Below are positions 28,521-37,931 of a stretch of DNA of 64,000 nt, one piece after another. Under the pieces are notes generated by a model. That model was given only the letters and a program-made list of their open reading frames with translations, was not told the DNA's origin and did not search any database. A program made the translations under genes and the position numbers. Position 1 is the first letter of the stretch, and each line of letters opens with the position of its first letter. This DNA comes from Chthonomonadaceae bacterium (GTDB taxonomy: Bacteria > Armatimonadota > Chthonomonadetes > Chthonomonadales > Chthonomonadaceae): the NCBI GenBank assembly GCA_035650735.1, contig DASRGZ010000040.1:1-64000 (forward strand), given 5' to 3'.

Positions 28521-29984
28521 ATGCCTCTATTCAAGCACGATACCATCGCCGCCGTCGCCACCCCTCCTGGCGAGGGCGGCATCGCCATCATCCGGGTTTC
28601 CGGGCCGCAGGCACGCCAGATCGCCGCGCGGGTGTTTCGTCCCCGGTCGGGCCAGGACCCGGCGGCGTTCCCCGGCTACTCCGTCCACTACGGCGCGTTT
28701 GTCGAACCGGAGACGGGCGAGGTGGCCGACGACGGCCTGCTGACCACCTTTCACGCCCCGCACTCCTATACCGGAGAAGATATGGTGGAAATGGCCTGTC
28801 ACGGCGGGCGGGCCAATACGCTGCGCGTGCTTCAGTTGGCGCTCAACGCGGGCGCGCGGCTGGCCGAGCCGGGCGAGTTCACGCAGCGCGCCTTCCTCAA
28901 CGGGCGGCTCGATCTGGCCCAGGCGGAGGCCGTCGCCGACATCATCCGGGCGCGCACGGAGGCCGCGCGCCGCCTGGCCCGCCGCCAGCTCGACGGCGCG
29001 CTCTCCCAGGCGGTCGCCGCCCTCAAAGACGAGCTGATCGGCATCCTCGCCGCCATCGAGGTGACCATAGACTTCAGCGACGAGGTCGGCGAACTGGAAT
29101 ACGCGCCGCTGGCGGCGCGGCTGGCGGCGGTGCGGGAAGGGATCGCGCGGCTGCTGGCGACCGCCGAACAGGGACGCATCCTGCGGGAGGGGCTGCGCGT
29201 CGCCATCGTGGGCCGACCCAACGTCGGCAAGTCCTCCCTGCTCAACGCCCTGCTGCGCGCCGAGCGCGCCATCGTCACCCCCATTGCCGGCACCACGCGC
29301 GACCTGGTGGAGGAGTCGGCCAACGTCTGCGGCCTGCCGCTGGTCTTGATCGATACGGCGGGCCTGCGCGAGACCGCCGATCTGGTGGAGCGGATCGGGG
29401 TGGAGCGGGCCGCGCAGGCCGCCGCCAGCAGCGACGCAATTCTCTTCGTCCTGGACGCGATCGCCGGCGTCACGCCCGAAGACGCCGACATCGCCCGCCA
29501 ACTGAAGGAGACGGCGGCCCCGCGCATCCTGGCCGTGATCAACAAATGCGATCTCGTTACGCCTGAGCGGGCGCAGGACGTCCGGGCGGAGGTGGAGCGG
29601 ATGTTGACATCCCTGGCCTGCGGCAGTGTTCTCCTCTCCGCCCAGACCGGCGCGGGCCTGGATCGGTTGGAGGAGGCGCTCGCCCGGGCAGCGACCGGAA
29701 AAAATTGCGTGCCAATGGGAATCCCGGAGGCAGTTCCTCCGTATGGAGAGGTGGCGGAAGCGGGCGAAGGCGTCCTTGTCGCCAGCGCGCGGCACCGGCA
29801 GGCGCTGGAGTCGGCGCTGGCGAGCGTGCGCGAAGCGGAGCAGACGACCCAACGGCACCTGCCCGGCGACTTCATCGCCATTGACGTGCGCGGCGCGCTG
29901 GACACGCTGGGCCTGATTACCGGAGAAACCGTCACGGAGGACATTATTCACCGCATCTTCCGGGATTTCTGCGTCGGGAAATGA
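28521..29984 (+). CDS. mnmE: tRNA modification GTPase MnmE
   Basis: DTIAAVATP.G.GGI.IIR.SG, GRPNVGKSS, GTTRD, DTAG, NKCD, FCVGK. Confidence 0.97.
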   Translation: MPLFKHDTIAAVATPPGEGGIAIIRVSGPQARQIAARVFRPRSGQDPAAFPGYSVHYGAFVEPETGEVADDGLLTTFHAPHSYTGEDMVEMACHGGRANTLRVLQLALNAGARLAEPGEFTQRAFLNGRLDLAQAEAVADIIRARTEAARRLARRQLDGALSQAVAALKDELIGILAAIEVTIDFSDEVGELEYAPLAARLAAVREGIARLLATAEQGRILREGLRVAIVGRPNVGKSSLLNALLRAERAIVTPIAGTTRDLVEESANVCGLPLVLIDTAGLRETADLVERIGVERAAQAAASSDAILFVLDAIAGVTPEDADIARQLKETAAPRILAVINKCDLVTPERAQDVRAEVERMLTSLACGSVLLSAQTGAGLDRLEEALARAATGKNCVPMGIPEAVPPYGEVAEAGEGVLVASARHRQALESALASVREAEQTTQRHLPGDFIAIDVRGALDTLGLITGETVTEDIIHRIFRDFCVGK

Positions 29985-29989
29985 AACGC

Positions 29990-30465
29990 CGGGCACTGAA
30001 AGTACCCGGCTCTAGGGCCTTCGGCCAAGCGACTGCAAGGGACGGCGCTACGCTTGCTCGCGCCTTTGCCTTGCGACTGGCGGACGCGCCTGTCCCGCAG
30101 GGTTTTCCATCCGAAGGACGGTCGGCGGGGCAGCCGCCCTCTAGACGGGTATTTTCCATGCCCGGCACGGATCGGAGGTTTTCAACCCCCGGCTCTAGGG
30201 CCTACGGCCAAGCGACTGCAAGGGACGGCGCTACGCTTGCTCGCGCCTCTGCCTTGCGACTAGCGGACGCCCTGCCAAGCCAGGTGTTCCGTCCGATAGT
30301 CGCAAGGCAGAGGCGCGAGTGTCGCCAGGCGGAGATCGCCAGGCAGAGCCGCGAACCGTTGAGCGGCGTCCCTGGCAGTCGAGCGTGCGTAGTTCCGACC
30401 CTTGCAGTCGTAGCGCCGTCCCTTGCAGTCGGTTGGCGGCGTAGCCGCCCTACAGACGGGTAATT
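29990..30465. repeat. Family E cluster with micro-elements (30032-30077, 30215-30260, triple nest 30299-30429)
   Basis: Direct and inverted units visible; shares sequence with 12100-12510 and 5740-5827. Confidence 0.85.
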
Positions 30466-30720
30466 TATTGCCTGGCACTCATGGGATTTTTACGTCAGAA
30501 AAGGAGACAAGGCCCATTTTGCCCTCCATTTTGCAGGACGAGATACCGACGATAACTGTAGGCGACCTTTTTCGCCTATCCCATTACCGTTCGTACGGCG
30601 CGTCTTTCCCGGATGAAACGCCCTCCTCCGTCGCCCTTGCGTTGGCGTCCTGCTGCGCCGCCCGCTTATACTATGATAACCTCCCCTAAAGACCGCTCCA
30701 CCGAAAAGGAACGACTCGGA

Positions 30721-33498
30721 ATGTCGGTTCCTCCATGGTCTGCTTTAAGCGCGCAACAGTGGCTTTCCGCGTTCGCCGATCCGCCGCCTGCGTTCGGCCC
30801 GCTGGCGCTCTGGCTCTGGAACGCGGCCATGGATCGTGAGCTTATTACCCGCCAGCTCCAGATGCTGCGCGAGCAAGGGCTCTACTCCGTCCTGCTACGC
30901 GCCGGGAAGGGGCTGCGCCTTCCGTTTGGCTCGGCGGAATGGCACCAGCGCGTCGCGTTTGCCATCTCCGAGGCCGCGCGGCTGGGGATGGCGGTCTGGC
31001 TGCATATGGACGGCCCCGGGAGCGCTGGCGCGACGCTGGCGGCCCCCGAAACGCAGGCAATGGAGTCTGACGAGGAGCGCCTGCAGGGGCAGGAATTGAT
31101 CCGGGCGGAGATGGCTGTATCACGGGCGGCGGATTGGGCCCAAACCTTCACCGAGGCGGCATGGCCTGCGGAGACGCCGGTCGCCCTGCTTCTGGCGCGT
31201 CCCGACGGCTCCGACGTCCGCGACCTGACCGCCTTCCTGCCCGCGCCGCAGAAGGCGCCGTCCCTGCCGGTCGAAGATACGGCGGAGGGATGGCGGCTGA
31301 TCGCCTTTTACCGGCGCCCACGCCCTGCCGAGGAGGCGGGCGCTTTGCCCCTGGATTTTCTCTCGCCGCAGGCAGCCGACGTCTATCTGCGCACGCGCTT
31401 TGCTCCTTACGCCTCGCTGCTTCAGACTCCCACAGGCGAGGCGCTGCGCGGCTTTGTCGTCGGAACGCCACACCTGTTTGTGCCCGTCGCCGTGCCTTCC
31501 CCTGCCGACACCGGGGCTGTCACGGCAGCGGGCGCGATCCCCTGGACGGCGGATTTCCCGCAGCAATTCGCCCGACGCAAAGGCTACGACCTGCACACGC
31601 GCCTGCCGGCTCTATGGGAGGATATGCGGGACGCGCCGCAGGTACGCGGCGACTACTATGAGGCGCTCTCCGAGCTGATGGCGGAACGCTTCTACGCGCC
31701 GCTGCGGCGGTGGTGCGCGGATCAGGGCCGGCCTCTAGCCACATTGGCACCCCTGCCGGATACGCTCGCCGGCCAGACATTGCTCTGCGGCCATCCGCTC
31801 ACGTTCCTGCGGGCGCTGGATGTCTCCGGCTATGCTGGCGCTCCCAACGCACAGACGGCAAGCGCCTCGGCGTTTCCTCTTCCTCCTTCCTGCACTCCCA
31901 GCACGCAGGCTGCAAGCGCTTCTGTACCTCTGCCTGGCGGAACGGAAATGACGGCGGCACTGGCCGTTGCCGCTGCCGGCAGCCGCCCCAGCCTCGAGCG
32001 GGGAGCTTTTAGCCTGGTTGGCGTCGAAGCGGGCTGGGGACAGGCCCTGCGTGACCTGAAGGCGCAGGCGGAGCATTGCCTGGTCTCCGGCGCCAACCGC
32101 GTGATCCTGCCTATTTGCCATGCCGCCGCAGAGGGGGAAAGGCGGCGGGGGGAGTCCTCCTTTCCCCTTTTCCAGAACCCCTGCTGGCCGCTATTCGCCG
32201 CCTTTGCCGGGCAGCAGCGCCGCCTGGCCTATGCGCTGGCGCAGGGAACGCGGCGGGCGGAGATCGGCCTGTACTATCCCCTGCGCGCTGCCTGGGCGGC
32301 GCTGCCGCCCGGACAGCTTGCCTCCCTAGCTCCGGATCGGCTCGCCAGGCAAGGCGAGGCGCTATCTCGCACGCAAGATATTTTCCAGCAGGCGTACATG
32401 CTGCTGCGCGCCAATCAGTGGGAAGTGGCGCTGCTCGACGATCACGCGCTTCTGGAGGCCGAGGTCACCGAGGGCGCGCTGCGCCTGGATGGGCAGACGC
32501 TGCGCGTGATCGTGCTGCCCGATGTGCGATCCCTATCGCTGGCGGTGGCGCGGCGACTGCGCGCCTTTGTCGAATCGGGCGGGCTGGTAGCCACCGTCGG
32601 CTCCGTGCCGATGCGTGGCACGGTCGGTGGCGATGTGGTGGCCCAATCGCTGCTCGCCTCTCTGTTTGCCGACGGCGTGCCCGATCTCTACGGCAACCGG
32701 CTGCGATCCCAGGGGTCCGGCTGGGTAGCGCGCATTCCGGCGGGGATGGGGCCGCTGCGCGCCCTCCTGGCCGAGCGCGTTCCGGCGCGAGTGCGTCTGA
32801 CGCATCGCGATCCGGGCATCCGCCACACGCATCGGGCCGGCCCGGATTTCGACCTGTTCTTTCTAGCCTGCCTTCCCGGCGAGCGGCGCGGCACCGTTCA
32901 GGCCACCTTCCTCGCCAACGGCGTTCCGCTCCGGCTTGACCCTGAGACCGGCCTGGCGACACGCCTGATCCCCCTCGAAAGCGCGCCCGAGCGGCGCACG
33001 CTGCCGATAGACCTCTCCTCCGGCTCGGCCCTGATCGCCTTCGTGGGAGAGGGATTGACCGGCGGCGCGACCCTGGCGGAACAGAGCGTCCCGCTGGGCG
33101 CCTGGACCATCGGGCACGGGTGGGCGGTGACGCTGGCGGGCACGCTGCTGCAAACGGACCTGCGTCCCTGGGCCGAATTAGGCCAGCCCTTCTTTACGGG
33201 CCGGGCGGAGTACAACGTGCGCCTCTATGTGCCCAGCCGCCAGGAAGTCCCCTATGACCTCCTGCTACTGGACCTGGGCGACGTGCGCGAGTGGGCGCAG
33301 GTCTGGATCAACGGCGTGCGCGTCGGAGAACGCCTCTGGCCGCCCTACGTCCTGGACATCACCCGCTACGTCGGCGCCGGCGTCAACGAGCTGCAAGTCA
33401 TCGTGGGCAACACCCCGGCCAACGCACTTCTGCACGAGGAGCGCGTCTCCGGCCTGCTCGGGCCGGTAACCCTGCGCGCCCTGCAAATACCGCGTTAA
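30721..33498 (+). CDS. Glycoside hydrolase GH106/GH2-like protein (catalytic residues look degenerate)
   Basis: F.DPP..F.P...W.WN, PWT.DF...F..RKGYDL...LP.L, LDLG.V...A.V.ING..VG....PY..DIT. Confidence 0.7.
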   Translation: MSVPPWSALSAQQWLSAFADPPPAFGPLALWLWNAAMDRELITRQLQMLREQGLYSVLLRAGKGLRLPFGSAEWHQRVAFAISEAARLGMAVWLHMDGPGSAGATLAAPETQAMESDEERLQGQELIRAEMAVSRAADWAQTFTEAAWPAETPVALLLARPDGSDVRDLTAFLPAPQKAPSLPVEDTAEGWRLIAFYRRPRPAEEAGALPLDFLSPQAADVYLRTRFAPYASLLQTPTGEALRGFVVGTPHLFVPVAVPSPADTGAVTAAGAIPWTADFPQQFARRKGYDLHTRLPALWEDMRDAPQVRGDYYEALSELMAERFYAPLRRWCADQGRPLATLAPLPDTLAGQTLLCGHPLTFLRALDVSGYAGAPNAQTASASAFPLPPSCTPSTQAASASVPLPGGTEMTAALAVAAAGSRPSLERGAFSLVGVEAGWGQALRDLKAQAEHCLVSGANRVILPICHAAAEGERRRGESSFPLFQNPCWPLFAAFAGQQRRLAYALAQGTRRAEIGLYYPLRAAWAALPPGQLASLAPDRLARQGEALSRTQDIFQQAYMLLRANQWEVALLDDHALLEAEVTEGALRLDGQTLRVIVLPDVRSLSLAVARRLRAFVESGGLVATVGSVPMRGTVGGDVVAQSLLASLFADGVPDLYGNRLRSQGSGWVARIPAGMGPLRALLAERVPARVRLTHRDPGIRHTHRAGPDFDLFFLACLPGERRGTVQATFLANGVPLRLDPETGLATRLIPLESAPERRTLPIDLSSGSALIAFVGEGLTGGATLAEQSVPLGAWTIGHGWAVTLAGTLLQTDLRPWAELGQPFFTGRAEYNVRLYVPSRQEVPYDLLLLDLGDVREWAQVWINGVRVGERLWPPYVLDITRYVGAGVNELQVIVGNTPANALLHEERVSGLLGPVTLRALQIPR

Positions 33499-33547
33499 CC
33501 GCCTGCTGCCCAGCGAAAAAATTCCTGAAAAATTTTTTGCGGCCCTA

Positions 33548-33576
33548 TTGTCAAATTTGGCTAACACTGTTATAAT
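33548..33576 (+). promoter_or_regulatory. Near-consensus sigma-70 promoter with A/T-tract UP region
   Basis: TTGTCA-N17-TATAAT preceded by AAAAA/TTTTTT tracts. Confidence 0.7.
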
Positions 33577-33582
33577 GTGCTC

Positions 33583-33888
33583 ACGAGATTGAGTTAGCCT
33601 GGTCGCGCCGCAGGCGTTTTTTTTACGAACGGCGAGTCTAGTAAAAATTTACAAGTCTAGCGCGAACATACACGGCTTTCACAACGTCTAAACCAATGAG
33701 CCGTGCAAAACGGCAGAACGAACGGCATCCTTGATTGTTTTCACCGACGTGCTACTCCGACGCGGGGGGCGTCCGGCGTAGCCGTGACCCTTCCGGCTAT
33801 GTATGCAGAACAGGGAGACTGCATGCGTCCGGCAAGGAACAATGGGCGAGGCGACTCCGGGGGGAATGTCGCCTCGCCCTTCACTTTG
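33583..33888 (+). ncRNA. Candidate ~300-nt small RNA or long leader
   Basis: Bounded by the promoter above and a strong hairpin; no convincing protein-coding signal; family not recognised. Confidence 0.35.
33844..33888 (+). terminator. Intrinsic terminator-like hairpin
   Basis: GGGCGAGGCGAC...GTCGCCTCGCCC followed by TTCACTTT. Confidence 0.6.
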
Positions 33889-33966
33889 GGTGCGGCAAGG
33901 GGCTGGGGGAAGAGCGACGCTTCTCTTTCCCCGTTCCCTTTTCCTTCGGGTATAATAACCCCTACT

Positions 33967-35268
33967 ATGCGACTGGAAGGCACGGGGATCACGGCAGGAT
34001 ACGGCGCGCAGAACGTCCTGGAAACGGTGGATGTGGCCGTGGAGACCGGCGAGTTCGTCGGCCTCATCGGGCCCAACGGCTCCGGGAAATCCACGCTGCT
34101 GCGCGTTCTTTCCCAGGCGCTGCGGCCCCGGCGCGGCCAGGTGCGGCTGGAGGGCAGGGAGATCGGAAGCTGGTCCTCCCGCGAGCTTGCGCGGCGGCTG
34201 GCGTTCGTGCCGCAGGAGGAGCCGGCTGTTTTTGATTTCACGGTGCGCGACGTGGTCCTGATGGGCCGCCATCCGCATCATCGCCGCTTCCAGGGAGATA
34301 CCGCCGAGGATTACGCCTGCGTCGCCCGCGCCCTCGCCGACGCCGATATCCTGCATCTGGCGGATCGACCCATTACCCAGCTCTCCGGCGGCGAGCACCG
34401 GCGCGTGCTGCTGGCCCGCGCCCTGGCCCAGCAGACGCCGTTTCTGCTCCTCGACGAGCCGACGGCCCATCTGGATGTGACCCACCAGATCGAGATTCTG
34501 GCGCTGGTGCATCGGCTCACCCGCGAGCGCGGCGTCGGCGCGCTGGCTGCCCTCCATGACCTCAACCACGCCGCCGAGTTCTGCGACCGCCTGACGCTGC
34601 TCTGCGCGGGCCGTCGGATCGCAGAGGGCCTGCCGGAAGCCGTCCTGACGCCCGTCAACCTCCGCGCCGCCTACGATGCCCATGTCCAGGTAGGCCGTAA
34701 CCCCGCCACCGGCAAGCCCATGCTGCTCTCTCTCTATCCTGCCCGCGCAGAGGCGGCCCTGCCCGATGCGCCCCGGATCCATGTCGTCTGCGGGGGCGGG
34801 TCGGGGGTCGGGGTGATGGGCGCGCTCGTCCGCAACGGGTTTCGCGTCACGGCGGGCGTTCTCAACCGGCTGGATAGCGACCAGGAGGCGGCGGAAGCTC
34901 TGGGGATTGAGATCGCGCTGGAAGCGCCGTTCTCCCCGATTGGCCCTGCGGCGCGCGCCGCCTGCCGCGCGCTGATGGCCCGCGCCCAGACGATCCTCGT
35001 GGCGCCGGTCGCCTTTGGCCGGGGCAACCTCGCCAACCTGGAGCTTGCCGTGGAAGCGCAGGCTGCGGGGAAGCCGATCCTCCTGCTCGGCGAGGCGCCT
35101 TTCGCCGCACGCGACTACACCGGAGGCACAGCCACACATCTGCTGGAGCAACTGGCGGCTAACGGCGCGCTCCGCTACGAGCGCCTGGAGGATTGGCCGG
35201 CCCTGACCCACCTGCCTTCCCCCGATGCCGGACAGCCAGCCGAGCCCTCCCCCACCTGCGCCGGCTGA
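33967..35268 (+). CDS. Iron-siderophore/heme/cobalamin ABC transporter ATPase with C-terminal extra domain
   Basis: GPNGSGKST, LSGGE, LLLDEPT.HLD, HDLN.A; C-terminal HVVCGGGSG domain. Confidence 0.88.
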   Translation: MRLEGTGITAGYGAQNVLETVDVAVETGEFVGLIGPNGSGKSTLLRVLSQALRPRRGQVRLEGREIGSWSSRELARRLAFVPQEEPAVFDFTVRDVVLMGRHPHHRRFQGDTAEDYACVARALADADILHLADRPITQLSGGEHRRVLLARALAQQTPFLLLDEPTAHLDVTHQIEILALVHRLTRERGVGALAALHDLNHAAEFCDRLTLLCAGRRIAEGLPEAVLTPVNLRAAYDAHVQVGRNPATGKPMLLSLYPARAEAALPDAPRIHVVCGGGSGVGVMGALVRNGFRVTAGVLNRLDSDQEAAEALGIEIALEAPFSPIGPAARAACRALMARAQTILVAPVAFGRGNLANLELAVEAQAAGKPILLLGEAPFAARDYTGGTATHLLEQLAANGALRYERLEDWPALTHLPSPDAGQPAEPSPTCAG

Positions 35269-35298
35269 AACCTCACTGGAAAGAGGAGGATTCAACGC

Positions 35299-35919
35299 GT
35301 GCCGATTGATGTGCTTGTCTCCGACTTAGGAAAAGTGATCCTTCCTTTTGACTTCACGCCCCGCCAGCAGTTCCTCCGGCAGCGATGCCGCTTGCCCCAT
35401 ACCGAGGGGAACGCGGAGGCGCTGGCCCACGCGCTCCATGCCCTGCACGAGGAACTAGACTTCGGGAAGGGCGCCTGCTCCGCCGAGGCGTTTTACTGTA
35501 AGGTCGTGGAGCGCCTGAACCTGGAGGTCTCCTACGAGGAGTTCTGCGTGGGCTATTCCGATTACTTCTGGGAAGATTGGGCGGTTGCAGAGCTCATCCG
35601 CCAGGCGCGGGTCCAGAAGCGCGTTCTGCTCTCCAACACCGACGCCATTCACTGGCAGTGGATCCGGAAGCGATACGGCGCGTTGCTGAGCGTGTTTGAC
35701 CATCTGCTGGCCTCGCAGGAGTTGCAGGCCCTCAAGCCCCACCCCGAGATCTACCGCAAGGTCGAAGCCCTCACAGGGCACCCTCCCGAGGCGCACCTGC
35801 TCATTGACGACCTGGCCGAAAACGTGGAGGGCGCCATCGCCTGCGGTTGGGATGGCATCGTCTATGCCAACGTGGAGGCCCTGGAAGCGCAGTTGCGCAC
35901 CCGCAACCTTCTGCCCTGA
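35299..35919 (+). CDS. HAD-family phosphatase (YihX-like)
   Basis: DLGKV, LSNT, KP.P.IY, IDD...NV.GA...G. Confidence 0.85.
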   Translation: MPIDVLVSDLGKVILPFDFTPRQQFLRQRCRLPHTEGNAEALAHALHALHEELDFGKGACSAEAFYCKVVERLNLEVSYEEFCVGYSDYFWEDWAVAELIRQARVQKRVLLSNTDAIHWQWIRKRYGALLSVFDHLLASQELQALKPHPEIYRKVEALTGHPPEAHLLIDDLAENVEGAIACGWDGIVYANVEALEAQLRTRNLLP

Positions 35920-35940
35920 CGCCCCATTCAGGCCGCGCCG

Positions 35941-36816
35941 CTAGCGCGCCGACCCGACGGCGTGGCGTAGGGTCTGGGAGGCAACGGAGTAGCCCCAGCG
36001 CTTCTCTATCCTCTCAATCTCCACCTTCGTCCGCCACAAACCCTCCAACGTCTCTGCCGACTCGTAGGTCGTCGTGCCGTCCCGCACGACAACGCAGAGA
36101 TATCCGAGGTCCTGCATGTTCGCCATGCCGTAGGGCGTGAACTGTAGGCACTCGTCCGTCTCAAATCCCATATAGAAGAGGACACGGATGCGCCGCTCGG
36201 TGAGCAGACGGTGGAACTGCTCCCGGGAGTAGACCAGCAGATCGCCGCCTCGGGGCTTGACCGGCGCCGGAATATCTATCTGCGGATAGACCTCCTTCGC
36301 CTGCTTTTGCGACCACTCCCAGTTAAATACCAGGTCACGATGCCGCTCACGCCAGGCGCGCACCCATTCCGGTGGGGGCCAGGCCGCCGTTGTCTCCTTC
36401 TTGCCTTCCGGCGCAGGCGCAGGCGTTTGCGGCTTTGCCTTCCGGGCCTCCCGCTCAGCTTCCGTGGTAGAGGCGATCCACTGCGGGTAGCGCTCCAGGA
36501 ACTCGGCGTGGTTGCCGTGGAATATCGGCACGCCCAGGCTGCGAAGCTCCGTCACGGTCGGCGCGATGACCGCCTCGATGATCTGGCGCTTACGTCGGGC
36601 ATGAGAGATCCCACGCTCCGTGCTCAGCTCAGGGCCAAGCGTTGGTCCTACCGGGCCGCCTTCCCTGCCGACGTTCCAGAGGTCTACCAGCACCACGCCG
36701 ATCTCTGCCGTGTCGAGCGTAAAGCGGGCGCCCTTGCGCCGAAAACTGCTTTCCGTAAAGGGCACGCCGGGCTGCGGGCCTCTTGGCGTATAGTCCAACT
36801 CCAGGGAGAATTGCAT
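35941..36816 (-). CDS. Isochorismatase-like cysteine hydrolase
   Basis: VVLVD.W, LFYMGF.TD.C, VVRD.TT. Confidence 0.65.
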   Translation of the reverse strand: MQFSLELDYTPRGPQPGVPFTESSFRRKGARFTLDTAEIGVVLVDLWNVGREGGPVGPTLGPELSTERGISHARRKRQIIEAVIAPTVTELRSLGVPIFHGNHAEFLERYPQWIASTTEAEREARKAKPQTPAPAPEGKKETTAAWPPPEWVRAWRERHRDLVFNWEWSQKQAKEVYPQIDIPAPVKPRGGDLLVYSREQFHRLLTERRIRVLFYMGFETDECLQFTPYGMANMQDLGYLCVVVRDGTTTYESAETLEGLWRTKVEIERIEKRWGYSVASQTLRHAVGSAR

Positions 36817-36996
36817 CTGTCGGTGCGCCTTTCTGCCAAACAGAAATCGGGCCGAGCTCAATTCAGGAGCGCAAGCGGCAGGGCGAGGCTAGAATCAATG
36901 CGGCCTGCGCTCCCCGGGCTCTCCCTCACGCGAGGGCGAGATGCGCCTTTGGGGAGCGCGGGCCGCAGACAGGCGTGGATGGCGATGCTGTGACGG

Positions 36997-37347
36997 CTAG
37001 GCAGCCATTGGCTCCATCTGCACAATGGTCTTGGTCCCATCCTCCGCGTCAATTTCGAGCGCTTCGTGAGCTCTGTCGCCGTCCGATTTGAGTACAAGGC
37101 GCCTGGGATGGTCGATCAGGTGCTCGATGTGATCCTGGGTCTCCGTGCCCAGCATAACGATGATAGAATTCGGCTCGCTGCCCTTCTCATCAGCGGAGAT
37201 GCCGACAAAGGGCAGCACACCCGTCTCCGGGCGGGCGCCCACTTCGCCGCCACGAACCTCCACCCTGGCTGCCAAACCCTGATGCTGCTTGCTAAAGTTG
37301 TCGCAGAAATCAACCCAATCCTGCTTTGAAACCTCTCGTGTTTCCAT
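36997..37347 (-). CDS. DUF5335-family protein
   Basis: W..F.D.FS..H.G....VEV.....GA.......P..GI..D.K, H.I..P..L. Confidence 0.7.
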   Translation of the reverse strand: METREVSKQDWVDFCDNFSKQHQGLAARVEVRGGEVGARPETGVLPFVGISADEKGSEPNSIIVMLGTETQDHIEHLIDHPRRLVLKSDGDRAHEALEIDAEDGTKTIVQMEPMAA

Positions 37348-37686
37348 ACGCACTATACCCCTTTCTTCCCTGCGCTGGCTAGAGGAGGGTAACGTGCCTT
37401 GATGAGAGAGTGCCACAAAAGAGCGCGTGCGCTTTGCCACAACCTCGTACCAGGCAGGGGATAACGTGTCTCAGCGAGAGACTCCCCGCAAAATAGAGGG
37501 GATCAGATAATAGATCGCATAGAGGATGGCGAGACGCCTATACTCAGGTTTGTATTTCTGATCCTCAATTTGTTGGAAAAGCAGGCTATTTAACCGCAGG
37601 CTCCAGGAGGAAATGCGTACCTCCAGAGCCGATATTCCCTCCGAATATCTCTCGTACCATTCTTCCTATCTTGCCCTACAAACGCG

Positions 37687-37796
37687 GTAGGAGCAGAAGG
37701 ACAGAACAATGAGTTACATTACGGGTTAAAGCGGGTGTGGATGCGCAAATCCCCAACACGTAGGAGCAGAAGGACAGAACAATGAGTTCCATTACG
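37687..37796. repeat. 37-bp direct repeat pair separated by a 36-bp unique spacer (CRISPR-like single unit)
   Basis: GTAGGAGCAGAAGGACAGAACAATGAGTT(A/C)CATTACG at 37687-37723 and 37760-37796. Confidence 0.8.
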
Positions 37797-37931
37797 CCCC
37801 ATCGGCCATGCCACCTTACCGGCCTGTTCTTGTCTGGCCTCGCAAACGCTAGGGCCTTTCGATGCATGGACACGTTCCACCGCCCGGGTCCTTCCACGGC
37901 CCATAGTTCCAGCGGCAGGGCCTTCCGATGC

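Noticed and set aside
29690..29770. Short lower-GC insertion in the MnmE G-domain/helical linker
   Set aside because: A variable loop position; too short for an intein and has no repeat ends.
29981..30463. 160-aa ORF with internal repeats (also 5675-5866 and 46164-46427)
   Set aside because: These are translations of intergenic repeat DNA.
31843..31935. Degenerate in-frame duplication in the GH106-like gene (PNAQTASAS..PLP / PSTQAASAS.PLP)
   Set aside because: Old, diverged linker duplication with nothing suggesting a special mechanism.
33583..33966. Cobalamin riboswitch upstream of the ABC ATPase
   Set aside because: No B12-box or other core motif recognised by eye.
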